From Emiliania huxleyi CCMP1516 (lineage: Eukaryota): a DNA stretch of 52,917 nt. The stretch is from the NCBI RefSeq assembly GCF_000372725.1, contig NW_005201318.1, positions 355,016 to 407,932 of the forward strand. The letters are read 5' to 3'. Under the pieces are notes generated by a model, which did not search any database, was not told the DNA's origin, and worked only from the letters and a program-made list of their open reading frames with translations. This document shows positions 1 through 15,100 of the stretch, in pieces. The stretch's first letter is position 1, and every line of letters begins with the position of its first letter. Position numbers and translations under genes: made by a program.

Positions 1-20
1 TCCTCTACACCCTCCCTCAG
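1..20. mobile_element. Right terminal inverted repeat of a CTGAGGGAGGGTGTAGAG-family TIR element (rest lies outside the window)
   Basis: tcctctacaccctccctcag is identical to the right end of the element at 47713-48799. Confidence 0.75.
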
Positions 21-677
21 CATGGCTCATGCGCAGTGTGTGCACAAGATACTGCAGGTATAAGCGCATACATGCGCTCCCATCACAATGTGGGCCACAA
101 CCCGCACAGGACAAGCTTTCACCACAAGCATGCTTTCACCAAGCATCCCTTTCACCAGCACAGGCTTCGCTCATATGAAACAAGATTGTCTGCCCTCGCA
201 GGTCATTGGTCACTGCCTGCATCGCTGAATACACTGACTGCAACGCCAAGCAACAAAAGCTTGCAATTGTGGCCGGCGAAGTTGCCTGCGCGTGGTCATC
301 GAATGCACAATAGAGAGGGGAAGACGAAGTTCCACCGCATCAGTGACCGTCCTGCCAAGCTCCCTACGAACTGATCAATATGACCCGGAGCACTACCCAA
401 GCCACACTGCTTATAGAGCTCCGCCTCAATGCTTTCGACAGCAGACAAGGAAAACCCACCACCGTACAGAGCCTCATCATCAGCAATGCCCATCTGTGAC
501 AGACTGTTTCGACGGCATTGTTTGATTGTACATATGCTGCGAGGCGCGATGCTACCCATGTGCCATGAAGAGTATGACGTTTGCGATGCAGGAAGAGCGA
601 GGCCTCTAGTTGCGCACATTCGCGGGTTGTAAAGATGATTCGAGGCCTCCTTAGCATCGCATGTACTAGCCACAGCG

Positions 678-916
678 AAAAGAAAGAAAGAAAAACACGG
701 GCGGATGGGAGGACGGCCTGCCGCCACCATACAGGGATTTTATTCTAACGGAGGAAAAGAGAAAATGGCACAACCTTGGTATCGACATACCTAAAACTTT
801 GGTATCGTGAGGAGAAGAGTGTGGTGCGCTAGCCGTCGCCCACCCTTGGGCCTCTGCCTCTTCCTATCTTTCTTCGCAGGCCCTCGCCGATTCTCTCGCT
901 GCAACCTTCATGCCAC
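678..916 (-). mobile_element. 5'-truncated non-LTR retroposon 3' end, family B ('RVGDG-stop', (TTTC)n tail)
   Basis: Reverse complement matches copies at 7066, 31684, 38720 and 42715 (gggtgggcgacggctagcgcaccacac...taaaatccctgt.tggtggcggc); carries an extra ~60-bp stretch at ~748-807. Confidence 0.7.
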
Positions 917-1265
917 AGCTGTTGTGTTTCGCCTGCTCCGCTGCCGCAATTTTTTTCTTCCTTGCGGTGTCTGTTTCCTTGCGGGTGTTAATGTAGACCA
1001 GCAGGTGAGAAGATAAAAAAGTGGCGGGTCTAGGAATAAAAAAACATGGAGTGCGAGGTACTCGGCTTTCAATCCCAAACTGTCACTCCCCGTTCTCCCG
1101 GCCGGGGTGGGGCGCGCGCGGGGGCGGCGGGTGTGCAATGTCCCCCTAGCATAACCCTAGCTAAAAAAAAAGCGGGCCCTGCAGTGTCCGTATTGGTCGG
1201 ACAGAATCCTACTTTGTGGCGGCTCGCCGTCCAGAGTGGCGGCTCGCCGGCAAGGCGTCGCGCCA

Positions 1266-2412
1266 ATGGCGCCCACCGCGAAGCAAGAGATCGAGAAGCT
1301 TAAGACGGCCATCAAGGCCAAGCGACAGGCGCTGGACGACGGCGGAATGGCCGCGCATCAGGCAAAACGATGAGCCCTCGGAGCTCTCGCTCCGCACAGT
1401 CACCAACCCTCTGCCCTACCCATCTGGCAAGCCTGGCGTTCGAATCACCGTGCGTCCGGCACGCTCCTCTCAGGCGCCGGCGATGGGTAAGGTCGCCCTC
1501 AAGTGCCGCAAGGTGCTCAAGGGCCACTTTGCCAAGATTTATGCGCTGCACTGGGCGCCGACGACAGAGGGCGAGCGGCGGCGCCACCTGGTCTCGGCGT
1601 CGCAGGACGGGAAGCTCATCGTGTGGAACGGGTTGACGGCTAACAAGGTGCACGCGATCCCGCTGCGCTCCTCGTGGGTCATGACCTGCGCCTTCTCCCC
1701 TTCGGGGGGTCGGATCGCCTGCGGCGGCCTCGACAACACGTGCTCGATCTACAACGTCGCGGCGACGAGCAAAGACCAGCCCATCAAGGTGCAGCGCGAG
1801 CTGGCGGGGCACACTGGCTACCTCTCCTGCTGTCGCTTCCTCGACGAGACCACCGTCGTCACCGCCTCGGGAGACATGACGTGCATGCGGTGGGATGTCG
1901 AGACGGGGCAGCAGCAGCAGCAGTACGTCGACCACCAAGGCGACGTCATGTCGATCTCAATCGCGCCGCGCCAGGCGAGGCTCTTCGTCTCTGGCGCATG
2001 CGACGCCACAGCAAAGCTCTGGGACGTCGCCACGCCAGGCCCCGTGATGACCTTCTCGGGGCACGAGTCGGACATCAACGCCGTCGACTTCTTCCCGGCG
2101 GGCAACGTCTTTGGCACCGGCTCGGATGACGCCTCGTGCCGGCTGTACGACCTGCGAGCGTACCGCGAGCTGATGACGTACACGCACGACAAGATCCTAT
2201 GCGGCATCACCTCGGTCGCCTTCTCCTACTCTGGCCGCTTCCTCTTCGCCGGATACGACGACTTCAACTGCTATGTGTGGGACACCCTGACCGGCAAGCA
2301 GATCGGCGTGCTCGCCGGGCACGACAACCGCGTATCCTGCCTCGGCGTCTCGTCCGACGGCCAGGCCCTCTGCACTGGCTCATGGGACTCGACCCTCAAG
2401 GTCTGGGCCTAG
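1266..2412 (+). CDS. GNB: Heterotrimeric G-protein beta subunit (WD40), 2 exons: 1266-1361 and 1474-2412
   Basis: Motifs [61 protein letters not shown]. The coiled-coil exon [21 protein letters not shown] joins in frame through a 112-nt GC-AG intron (1362-1473). Confidence 0.96.
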
Positions 2413-3619
2413 GGGCGCCCGCAGGCCCGCTCGCTGTTTTTATTGGGGCGCGTGCAACCATGCACTCGATCCTGCGGCCCGTTCGGTCGCGCTCGCGGAC
2501 GTACGCGAGCCGTGTCACAGAGAAATTTGGGGCCGCGCCCATCGCACACATGTACATGCTTATGTGTGTTAAGTCCACCCCTGGAGAGTGTCCCCCAGCC
2601 TCTGCCAGATTAGCATTACACGGCTCTGTCCCTGGCTCTGGTCTGCGGGCAGACTGCACGCGCGGGGCGGGGCGGGGCGGCAGGCCGGCAGGGCGAGGGG
2701 TCCACAAGATGTGCAGGGCCGGGGCCAAAGGGCGCAGGAAGAAGATGGTGGGGGGGGGGGGGGGGGGGCACCCACATCCCGGACGGTCGCCGCGCGCCCC
2801 ACAACACCACGACACGCCCCCGTCGCCCCAGCCCCCCCGCCACGCCCGGGGCCCCGCAGCGGAGAGCACGGCGCGCGCGCGCGAGCGGCGCGCGAGTCAG
2901 AGCGGCGAGACAGCGCGTGATCGGACCACGGGGACGCCGCTCACACGCGCGGACGCGGATGGGGGGATGCGGCGCAGATGGCGGAACAAAAGGTAGTGGG
3001 TGAAATGGTCCACTCAAACATTCATTTTCCAAGCCCCAAACCCAAACTGAATCTCGAGGCGTTTGAGAGGCGTTTTCGTTCGGCGTCTATGATGACGGTG
3101 ACAACCGGTAGATCGCTCCTCGAGGCATGGAAGCTATGGATGTTTGCACTGCTTGGGGGCCTCAGGGCCCTGACTGCTTGGCCCTGGCGATGGAGCTGCA
3201 GCCGGGCGCGCCGGACGCCGCCGCCGCGGAGGCGGCCATCGAGTCGCCCGGGTCGCGTGGGGTACCCCGAGTCGGCCATGGCAGCTTGACCTGAACATGT
3301 CCAGAAATGGTGGATAGGTACTTGGGCAGACCTGGGGCTCGGACGCGGCGCTCCCCCGTGCTCCCCGGGCGCTTGTCGCTTCCCTCGGCGATGCTCTTCC
3401 TGGCCGACCCGGTGCGCGCGGCTCCAACGGGTGCAGTGACACGCAGTGGCCCTCGGCGCGCTGACGCTCGCTCGCGCACCTGCGCAGGAGAAAAACTTCT
3501 GCCTGCCATCACCTCGACGGGCGCGCGAGAGGTTCGTCGAGTCCGGCAACGACCACGCCAGCGACACGGAGGTGCTCGTCATCGCACTCCTCGTGATCCT
3601 CTTCGAACCCAGCCCCTAT

Positions 3620-4512
3620 GAGACCCAGGAACGGGTGCTTTGGCGCGCGCGCGCTCACGTGCCGTGCAGAGCGGGCCAGCTGGGCGACGGCGGCGGCGCC
3701 CGCCGGCTCCGGAGGTGGATCCAGCTCAATGATGAGGCTACGGCGCGCATAATGAAGAGAGAGGAACACATCGAGTGGCTGAGGAAGCTCTTCGCTGGGT
3801 GGAAGGAGGCCCGGCCAGCCTTGAGGGAGTCGCGGAGGAGGAGGGATAATGGAGGTAACGTGGGAACAGGCCAACAGCCAGTGGGACGAACGAGGGCGGC
3901 TCAAGCGGGAGGGAGCGGAGACGGTGGGCAGAGAGCGAAGTGGGTGAGACTGATGATGCTCCTTCGACTTAGGGAGCGGTTCAGATGCTGGGCGGGCTTC
4001 AGGCTGGTGCTCACGCGAACAGGAATCGACGCGATGTGCAAAGCATACAAGAAGGGGAGAGGGAAGAGGAGAGACGCCGGTGAGGACGAAGCAGAAACTA
4101 GCGCAGACGAGAGCAGGGCAGACCCGGGGACTGGGGAGCCGGAGCAGACGGCATCGGCCGCCGAGGAAACGTTGGGAAGAGGCACGAGGAGGGCGGCGAC
4201 CTCGACCGACTATGGAGGACCCGTCGCCAGACGACGCAGGGCAGAAGACGGTGAGGCGGAGCAGACGCGCAGGGTGAGACGAGGGAGGGAGCAGGACTTT
4301 GCGGAGATCAGCAGGAGGATGTACGAAGAGATTAGGAGCAGCAGGGACCCGAGGGACCATGTGGAAGACGGCTAGTGCTAGTCCCCCATCGGGAGGACGA
4401 CCCCGGCTAGTCGCCGACCACACCCACAAAGAACCCTGCACAAAGATCGCAAGGGCGGGGGCCTGTTCCTTTTTACCCATCTCACAGTAGAGAGGTGTCC
4501 GTTTTTATTTAT

Positions 4513-4515
<3 letters not shown>
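3620..4515 (+). mobile_element. 3' portion of a non-LTR retrotransposon: charged ORF end (...DPRDHVEDG-stop), family A 3'UTR and (ATTT)n tail
   Basis: Purine-rich ORF ends at 4375, followed by the motif ccctgcacaaagatcgcaagggcggggg...gtccgtttttatttattt, also seen at 23598-23684; no RT domain visible; 5' boundary approximate. Confidence 0.55.
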
Positions 4516-6987
<2,472 letters not shown>

Positions 6988-7065
6988 CGACACTGGAGAA
7001 CGAGCGCAACCACCTGGGTGCATGTGCATCAGAAAAAAAAAAGCAAATCAACGTACTATTAACAA

Positions 7066-7197
7066 CGAAGAGGCAGACTCCCCAGGGTGGGCGACGGCTA
7101 GCGCATCACACTCTCCTCTCCTTAAAATCCCTGTGTGGTGGCGGCGTGCCGTTCTCCCATCCCTCCTTTGGGTTGTGTGTTTTCTTTCTTTCTTTTT
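7066..7197 (+). mobile_element. Retroposon 3' end, family B
   Basis: gaagaggcagactccccagggtgggcgacggctag...cttaaaatccctgtgtggtggcggcgtgccg...(tttc)n; near-identical to 38775-38910. Confidence 0.75.
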
Positions 7198-7694
7198 ACG
7201 AAGGCGCTCTCAAAAAAAAGGAGGAAGATCGGGCCGACGCACGGACCCCCCCCCAAGATAGAGAGAAACGCCGCCATGTACCTTTTCGGGCAAACCTTTT
7301 CGGGCAAACCATCGAGCTGCATATCGATTTCGACTTGACGGGCGCATGAAGGCCGCATCACGTCTCCATGCGCCCGTCAAGTCGAAGCCAGTCTGCGGCG
7401 ACCACAGCGCTCAGAAAGGTACATGGCGAGCTTTTCAGAGTCAAGCGATTGCGCGAAATCCCACAGTGGTGCATTTTGGGGCGCTGTGCCCCCCCCCTAG
7501 TGCAGAGGATGGTCATACTGCTACGACAACCCGCCCGGCTTACCCCGGTTTCCCGACGACCCGGCGGTGTGCACACTGGACGCCTGCAATGCCTGCTCGT
7601 GGTGCACCGAGCGCTACTGGTCCCAACAAGTAGATCCTTGTTGGGTGACCCGCACATCACCCATGTACATCAATAAAGTCAGGGCGTGTAATGC

Positions 7695-7914
7695 GGGTAT
7701 GGTACCCGGGGTGCTCGGGGCGGGCTCTACGATCATATGGTCGTCAGCTAGCTATGGGACGAAATTGGGATGGCAGCTGTGCTTCAGTCCAGCGCCGCTC
7801 CCCCAGCCGCCGCCGCCGTCTGTCCCGCCATCTCCGATGCCACCCCCGATGCCTCCTCTGCAACCACCATATCCACCTGGAGGTGTTCCGGCGCCTCCGC
7901 CGCCACTGGATTAA
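7695..7914 (+). pseudogene. Fragment of a Pro-rich extracellular protein (CUB-like 'IxWSS...GWxLC' motif plus PPSP linker)
   Basis: GMVPGVLGAGSTIIWSSASYGTKLGWQLC followed by a Pro-rich tract; ends at a retroposon fragment. Confidence 0.35.
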
Positions 7915-7966
7915 GGGACCCCCCGCCCTGCACGATCTTGGTGTGAGGAGTGAGGGATCTTCAATC
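7915..7966 (-). mobile_element. Retroposon 3' fragment, family A
   Basis: Reverse complement gattgaagatccctcac..caccaagatcgtgcagggcgggg matches 25246-25285 and 43600-43640. Confidence 0.7.
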
Positions 7967-9955
7967 AAAGAGAGTGATCATCTCATCAAAATTCAAATTT
8001 AATTTTTACATGATTTTTTGTACCTCTTGGCAACTTCATGCTACTCGCTTAGAGCCGTAGTGTGGGTAGTGGGTAGACCATAAAAGTAGGTTTGAATTCG
8101 TCCACGTAAGGCTTGGTGACTGGTTGGGGTGGCCTCAGGCATCCCCAAGGGAGCCTCTGCGGTGCCACATAAGCAGCTTAGTGATTGTCGAGACTTTAAA
8201 GTATTCGTTGGACGAAACGCACAAGTAAACCATAATTCGACTTTGAGGGATCATATCTCAAAAAGCCGGGAGATAGCATAGCCTTTTGTTGCATATTATG
8301 CCACATAAGGTCAAACTTGACCCCCACAAGCATCAAGAACCCGATGCTCCGGCTCGACTGTGCCGGCACACTGCCTCCTCGCGCCAGCTGCTAGCAAGCC
8401 GTCGCGGCCCGTGGTGCACCAGAAAGAGAGGTCGACACGTTGCCCCCGCCGGCGAGTCCGCGCGGCTCAGGCCGGCCAGAAGGTGTGTGGTGGCGGCACC
8501 GTGGCAGGAGTGCGGAGAAGAGCTCGCCGAACGCGAGCAGCAGATGGCCAAAGTGTACCAGCGCGAGAGCCTCGCAAGCGGGCGCAGAAGAAGCTCGCCG
8601 TGACACGATGCCGGGCGGTGGTGGTGCTCTGGCGGCTGTGCACAGTGGGCAAGGTCAGGCTGCAGCAGGGCAGCACGATGGTAGTGCCCTGCTGCAGCCT
8701 GGCCTGACATGCACAGGGCGAACAGAGGCAGTACTATCGTCCGGCGCTCGTCGTCGAATCTGGGCCAACTTCGACCGCCGCCACAGCTCGCCACGAGCAC
8801 GCAGCGACAAAATGTTGACTGTACGGAAGTTGAGGCTGGTCCAGAGGAAGAGGCTGCCGTGCGAGCCGGCAGCAGGCCGGCTCGTCGTGGACTGCTGCGG
8901 CGACTTTTTTTGGGCTTCTCTGTTCATCGTACTAAGGGCGTGACGCCGGTGGCATCTCTTTCCACCCAAGAAGCCCGTTTGGAGGGATGGGCGGCAGTGT
9001 GCGGGCGGTGAAGTGCTAGTCCTCTCATCAATTTAGAACGAAACGCCCCTCCCTGTCCCTCCCTTCTTCCCTCTATCCCTTTTGCTCTCTAACCTAGACA
9101 CAGACAGACTGTTCACCAACCAATCCTCTACCCCTCCCTCTCTCCCCATCCTAGACTCCCTCCACGCGTCCGATCTGGCCAGCCTGCGGCAAACATACTC
9201 GCGCGGGAGCATTTCCGACTCTAGCTGAGGGGCTCGCTAAACGCTCGCCGAGCTCCATGCTGTGCAACACCACCTCCTCACTAATCGTCAGGGGCGCGGA
9301 GAGCGCAGTGCAGACGTCGCGTACGAGATCCAATATCGCCGATTGATAGCAATCTGAGAGGATAGGGATCCGTGTCAGCATGCCGTAGCCGAGGAGTGCC
9401 GCGCTTGGTGGTCCCCAAGAGCGGGTCAGGGGGCGGGGGCGGAGAGGGGGGGAGAGGGGGGGGAGGGGCGGCCAGAGACAGGGAGAGGGCAGCGGGAGAG
9501 GGCGCGGCGGCGCCTGCGAGCACCAGCAGGAGGCGCGGCGGCGGCGTGTCGCCGGCGGAGGCGGAGGCGCGGCGGAGCAGGGCGGCGAAAGCCTTCAGCT
9601 GGAGGGTGTGGTCCTTCGGGGCAGGGGAGGGAGGGGGGGAGGGGAGGAGGGGGCGTCTCAGGCCCAAGGCGTCCCGGCAGCCCCCACAGCCGGGATTGTG
9701 ACCCCGCCGGTCCCAACGCGTCGAGTTAATTTACAGAGAATGGCGGTTGGGGGCGTCCGGAGCGCGGGAGATGCCTTAGCTCCGAGAATTCTTTTTCCAA
9801 TATTCGCGCGCGCCGCGCGCGCGCGCACACACACACACCGCCGCCGCGCGAGCGCCGCGCAGCGGCACACCTGCTCAAAGAACTCAAAAGAAAAAATGCG
9901 TTCATCGGCACCGCGCTCGCAAAGACCAACAAAACTGAGCGCTCGCTATCGGTTT

Positions 9956-10687
9956 CTATGTGCGCTCGCTGTCAACCAGTGCCTTCAGGCGGTCACGCAG
10001 CTCCTGCGCAGAGCCGCTGACCGGCGCGCCTCGAAGCTGCAGCGCCTTCTTGAGCATGGATCCTTTGAGGTCAGAGATGTCGACTTGGATGACAGAAACC
10101 GTCATGACGCCGCCACCAATTTCGATGCACGCATTGGCGGAATAAGGCTCGCCTTCCGCGCTTAGCATGGTAAGGTTGTCGACTCCAAAAGTGTCGTTCG
10201 CCCACCAGCCTTTTGCCCGCCGCGTAGCCTCCTGTTCTGAGCGATGCGTCGAGAGCAGCTTCGGCTTCGTCGCACAGTACTTGTTATACGGATCTAGTTC
10301 GACCGCCCATACCTTTCCACTCTCTTGGGACCGCGCCGCCATCGCGGACAGCGCCTTGGCCTCCGCGGCCGCTTCCTCCTGGGCCTCTCGTTTCAGCCTC
10401 TGCTCGACGAGCTGCTGCGCCTCGGCCCTTGAGCACTTGGCTGCGTCCATGACGCACTGCACCTTCTTTTCGTTGCGCTCCCCTGCGGACAGGTAGCCAT
10501 AGCCGCCAAAGGGACCTCCAAAGAAGTCGAGGGCACGCTCGGCCAGCACCAGGGCGTCGGCCGACAGTGCCAGCGGAGCGAGCGGAAGATTGGACTGTGA
10601 CTTGGTCACCGCTTCGGTGGCGGCGGCCGAAGGCTCGACCGACGTAGGGAACAGCTTCGGCCGCTTTGATGACGGTTCGTCCTGCAT
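9956..10687 (-). CDS. Hypothetical protein with C-terminal SAP domain
   Basis: Intronless ORF from MQDEPSSKRPK; the C-terminus ISDLKGSMLKKALQLRGAPVSGSAQELRDRL fits the SAP consensus. Confidence 0.7.
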   Translation of the reverse strand: MQDEPSSKRPKLFPTSVEPSAAATEAVTKSQSNLPLAPLALSADALVLAERALDFFGGPFGGYGYLSAGERNEKKVQCVMDAAKCSRAEAQQLVEQRLKREAQEEAAAEAKALSAMAARSQESGKVWAVELDPYNKYCATKPKLLSTHRSEQEATRRAKGWWANDTFGVDNLTMLSAEGEPYSANACIEIGGGVMTVSVIQVDISDLKGSMLKKALQLRGAPVSGSAQELRDRLKALVDSERT

Positions 10688-11389
10688 AGCGCTGCGCCGC
10701 AACCCCGGCAACGGAAACGCAACGGCGCGGAGTAAAATCCCTGTTTTTCTTGATGTGACCGTGTGTAGGACGCACCGGCTCGGCCCCGCACTCTCCGCCC
10801 AAAGCTTGTTGGTGATAAACAAACTTTAGTTCGTGCTAGTGAACTGAGGAGAAGCGGGTCGAGCCTCGGCGCAGAGGGCAGCGCCTAGCGGGCGGGAACC
10901 CTTACCCCCGCGCCCGCCGCTGCCCGCCGCTTTGTGCGCGGGACATCCGAGCGCCACGAGGCTCCGACACAGCTCCCGACTAGCGTCGGCTCCTGCTCAG
11001 ACAGGCGCCAACCTATCAGTTCTCAAAGCGAGCGGAGGCGGCGCTACCCGCCGGCCCGCCAGCGACGCACGCTGCAGGCGCCCCGGCGCGCAGGGCAGCC
11101 AGGCCGGACCGAACGACTACCGATGCCGGCAACGTCAATGCTCTCCTCCATGCAGAAGGTGCTGCGCAGCCTCCTCGTCGGCGACGACGAGGTCATCCCC
11201 GCGCGCGGCTGCTCCCGGGCCGACGGCGTCGCGGAGCCGACGTCGCCCCCCGCGCCGCTCGTCTGCAGCCCCAGCCAACGTTCCGAGTTCAACGATCCAG
11301 GTGACCGTCCACCCCCCCTCGCCCCCCCTCCCGCTTGCTTTTTCCCTCGGCCGGTGGGCACAGCGGCTCCACCCTTCGAGCGGCGAACA

Positions 11390-11850
11390 TGGCCCTCGAG
11401 GGCGATCCCCCCGAGGGCCGAGGGCGAATCCCTCCGTCACCCGGCTGACATATTGAGACACGGCGAACCCGTGTGAGGGGGAATCCCTCGCCCCCCCCCC
11501 CCCCCTCGGCCGGCGGACACAGCGGCGCCTCCGACCGAGCGGCGAACGTGGCCCTCGAGGGCGGTCCCTCCGAGGGCCGAGGGCGAATCCCTCCGTCACA
11601 CGGCTGACATACGGTACAATGACCCGGCGACCGGTGAGTACGAGGACACGGCGATCCCGTGTGAGGGCGGATCCCTCGCCGAGGGCGATCCCTCGCCCCC
11701 CCCCCCCCCCCTTGGGCGGGGGAAACAGGGGCGCCCCCAACCGAGCGGGGCACGCGGCCCTCGAGGGGGGCCCCTCCGAGGGGGGCCGAGGGCGAATCCC
11801 TCTGTCACACGGCTGACATACGCACGACTGTCACACGGCTGACACGATCC
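11390..11850. repeat. Three imperfect ~160-200-bp repeats (ggccctcgaggg...gagggcgaatccctc.gtcac.cggctgacata)
   Basis: Copies start near 11391, 11550 and 11756. Confidence 0.85.
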
Positions 11851-12134
11851 GAGGTTGGGAAGCGGCCCGTCGGCACGGGACCCACCCCCCTTCCCCCCGC
11901 CTACGGCAGGAACCGCCCTCCCGCCTCCGGCGGGAGCCGCCACGGCCGGCCAAGACGGCCTCCTCCACGGCCTCGACGGCGCCGCTCTCGGAGGCGCGCC
12001 TCGCCTGGCCCTCCGTCCATACCCACGACTGTCTCACGGCTGGCACGATCCGAGGCGAAGGAGCGGCCCGTCGACACGGGACCCACTCCCCCCCCTCCTA
12101 CCCCGCCACGGGCAGGAGCCCGCGCGGCCGAGGC

Positions 12135-15100
12135 AAGCCAGGCTGCTCGCCTCGACATGGCTCGGGGCGGCGCCTTCGTGGCCGCCGCCATCGCCATCGT
12201 TCCGTCTTTCACCTGCCGTCTCACGACTCGCCCACCGACACGCCGCTCGCGCGTCGTCGTGTGTGGCGTCGAGCGGGCGCCCTCGCCGGCCGCCACGCTC
12301 CCCCCCTAGCGCTGCCTCGCAGGCAGCGCCGAGCCTCGCGGGCACGTAGCCCCGCTCGGCGCTCTCGGCACGGCCTCCGCCGTCGCCTCGACTCGTACCG
12401 TCTGTTAGGCAGCGCCAGCCAACGCGCAGGCGCTGCCTTCGCGCCCTCGGCACGGCGGCTCGACGCCCCTCCGCCGGGCCTCGGGCACGTGAACGCAGCC
12501 TCACGGCTGCAGCGGCGGCAGCCAAGCTGCTCGCCTCGACATGGCTCGGGCCGGCGCCAACGTGGCCGCCGCCATCGCCATCTTTCCGCCTTTCGCACCG
12601 TCTCACGATTCGCCCACCGACACGCTGCTCGCGCGTCGTCGTGTGTGGCGTCGAGCGGGCGCCCTCGCCAGCCGCCACGCTCCCCCTAGCGCTGCCTCGC
12701 AGGCAGCGCCGCGGGTCGCTGGCACGTAGCCCCGCTCGGCGCCCTCGGCACGGCCTCCGCCGTCGCCTCGACTCGTACCGTCTGTTAGGCAGAGCCAGCC
12801 AACGCGCAGGCGCTGCCTTCGCGCCCTCGGCACGGCGGCTCGACGCCGCCCCTGCTGGGCCTCGGGCACGCGAACGCAGCCTCGCGGCTGCGGCGGCGGC
12901 AGCCAAGCTGCTCGCTTCGACATGGCTCGGGCCGGCGCCATCGTGGCCGCCGCCATCGCCATCGTCCCGTTTTCCACCTACCGTCTCACGACTCGCCCAC
13001 CGACACGCTGCTCGCGCGTCGTCGTGTGTGGCGTCGAGCGGGCGCCCTCGCCAGCCGCCACGCTCCCCCCTAGCGCTGCCTCGCAAGCAGCGCCGAGCCT
13101 CGCGGGCACGTAGCCCCGCTCGGCGCCCTCAGCACGGCCTCCGCCGTCGCTTCGACTCGTACCGTCTGTTAGGCAGAGCCAGCCAACGCGCAGGCGCTGC
13201 CCTCGCGCCCTCGGCACGGCGGCTCGACGCCGCCCCTGCTGGGCCTCGGGCACGCGAACGCAGCCTCGCGGCTGCGGCGGCGGCAGCCAAGCTGCTCGCC
13301 TCGACATGGCTCGGGCCAGCACCAGCGTGGCCGCCGCCATCGCCACCGTTCCGTATTTCGCACCGTCTCACGACTCGCCCACCGACACGCTGCTCACGCG
13401 TCGTCGTGTGTTGCGTCGAGCGGGCGCCCTCGCCGGCCGCCACGCTCCCCCTAGCGCTGCCTCGCAGGCAGCGCCGCGCCTCGCGGGCACGTAGCCCCGC
13501 TCGGCGCTCTCGGCACGGCTTCCGCCGTCGCCTCGACTCGTAGCGTCAATTAGGCAGCGCCAGCCAACGCGCAGGCGCTGCCTTCGCGCCCTCGGCACGG
13601 CGGCTCGACAACGCCCCTGCGGGGCCTCGGGCACGCGAACGCAGCCTCGCGGCCGCGGCGGCGGCAGCCAAGCTGCTCGCTTCGACATGGCTCGGGCCGG
13701 CGCCAACGTGGCCGCCGCCATCGCCATCTTTCCGCCTTTCTCCTACCGTCTCACGATTCGCCCACCGACACGCTGCTCGCGCGTCGTCGTGTGTGGCGTC
13801 GAGCGGGCGCCCTCGCCGGCCGCCACGCTCCCCCTAGCGCTGCCTCGCAGGCAGCGCCGAGCCTCGCGGGCACGTAGCCCCGCTCGGCGCTCTCGGCACG
13901 GCCTCCGCCGTCGCCTCGACTCGTACCGTCTGTTAGGCAGCGCCAGCCAACGCGCAGGCGCTGCCCTCGCGCCCTCGGCACGGCGGCTCGACGCCCCTCC
14001 GCCGGGCCTCGGGCACGCGAACGCAGCCTCGCGGCTGCAGCGGCAGCAGCCAAGCTGCTCGCTTCGACATGGCTCGGGCCGGCGCCATCGTGGCCGCCGC
14101 CATCGCCATCGTTCCGTCTTTCACCTGCCGTCTCACGACTCGCCCACAGCACGCCGCTCGCGCGTCGTCGTGTGTTGCGTCGAGCGGGCGCCCTCGCCGG
14201 CCGCCAAGCTCCCCCCCTAGCGCTGCCTCGCAAGCAGCGCCGAGCCTCGCGGGCACGTCTCCCTGCTCGGCGCTCTCGGCACGGCCTCCGCCGTCGCCTC
14301 GACTCGTACCGTCAGTTAGGCAGAGCCAGCCAACGCGCAGGCGCTGCCTTCGCGCCCTCGGCACGGCGGCTCGACGCCCCTCCGCCGGGCCTCCGGCACG
14401 CGAACCCAGCCTCGCGGCTGCGGCGGCGGCAGCCAAGCTGCTCGCCTCGACATGGCTCGGGCCGGCGCCAACGTGGCCGCCGCCCATCGCCATCTTTCCG
14501 CTTTTCGCACCGTCTCACGATTCGCCCACCGACACGCTGCTCGCGCGTCGTCGTGCGTGGCGTCGAGCGGGCGCCCTCGCCGGCCGCCACGCTCCCCCTA
14601 GCGCTGCCTCGCAGGCAGCGCCGAGCCTCGCGGGCACGTAGCCCCGCTCGGCGCTCTCGGCACGGCCTCCGCCGTCGCCTCGACTCGTACCGTCAGCTGG
14701 GCAGAGCCAGCCAACGCGCAGGCGCTGCCCTCGCGCCCTCGGCACGGCGGCTCGACGCCCCTCCGCCGGGCCTCGGGCACGTGAACGCAGCCTCGCGGCT
14801 GCAGCGGCAGCAGCCAAGCTGCTCGCTTCGACATGGCTCGGGCCGGCGCCAACGTGGCCGCCGCCATCGCCACCGTTCCGCCTTTCGCACCGTCTCACGA
14901 TTCGCCCACCGACACGCTGCTCGCGCGTCGTCGTGTGTGGCGTCGAGCGGGCGCCCTCGCCGGCCGCCACGCTCCCCCCTAGCGCTGCCTCGCAGGCAGC
15001 GCCGCGCCTCGCGGGCACGTAGCCCCGCTCGGCGCTCTCGGCACGGCCTCCGCCGTCGCCTCGACTCGTACCGTCAATTAGGCAGCGCCAGCCAACGCGC

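Noticed and set aside
1216..1473. N-terminal 86 aa of the listed 398-aa ORF as part of G-beta
   Set aside because: Read-through of 5' sequence and the intron; the real first exon is in another frame from ATG 1266
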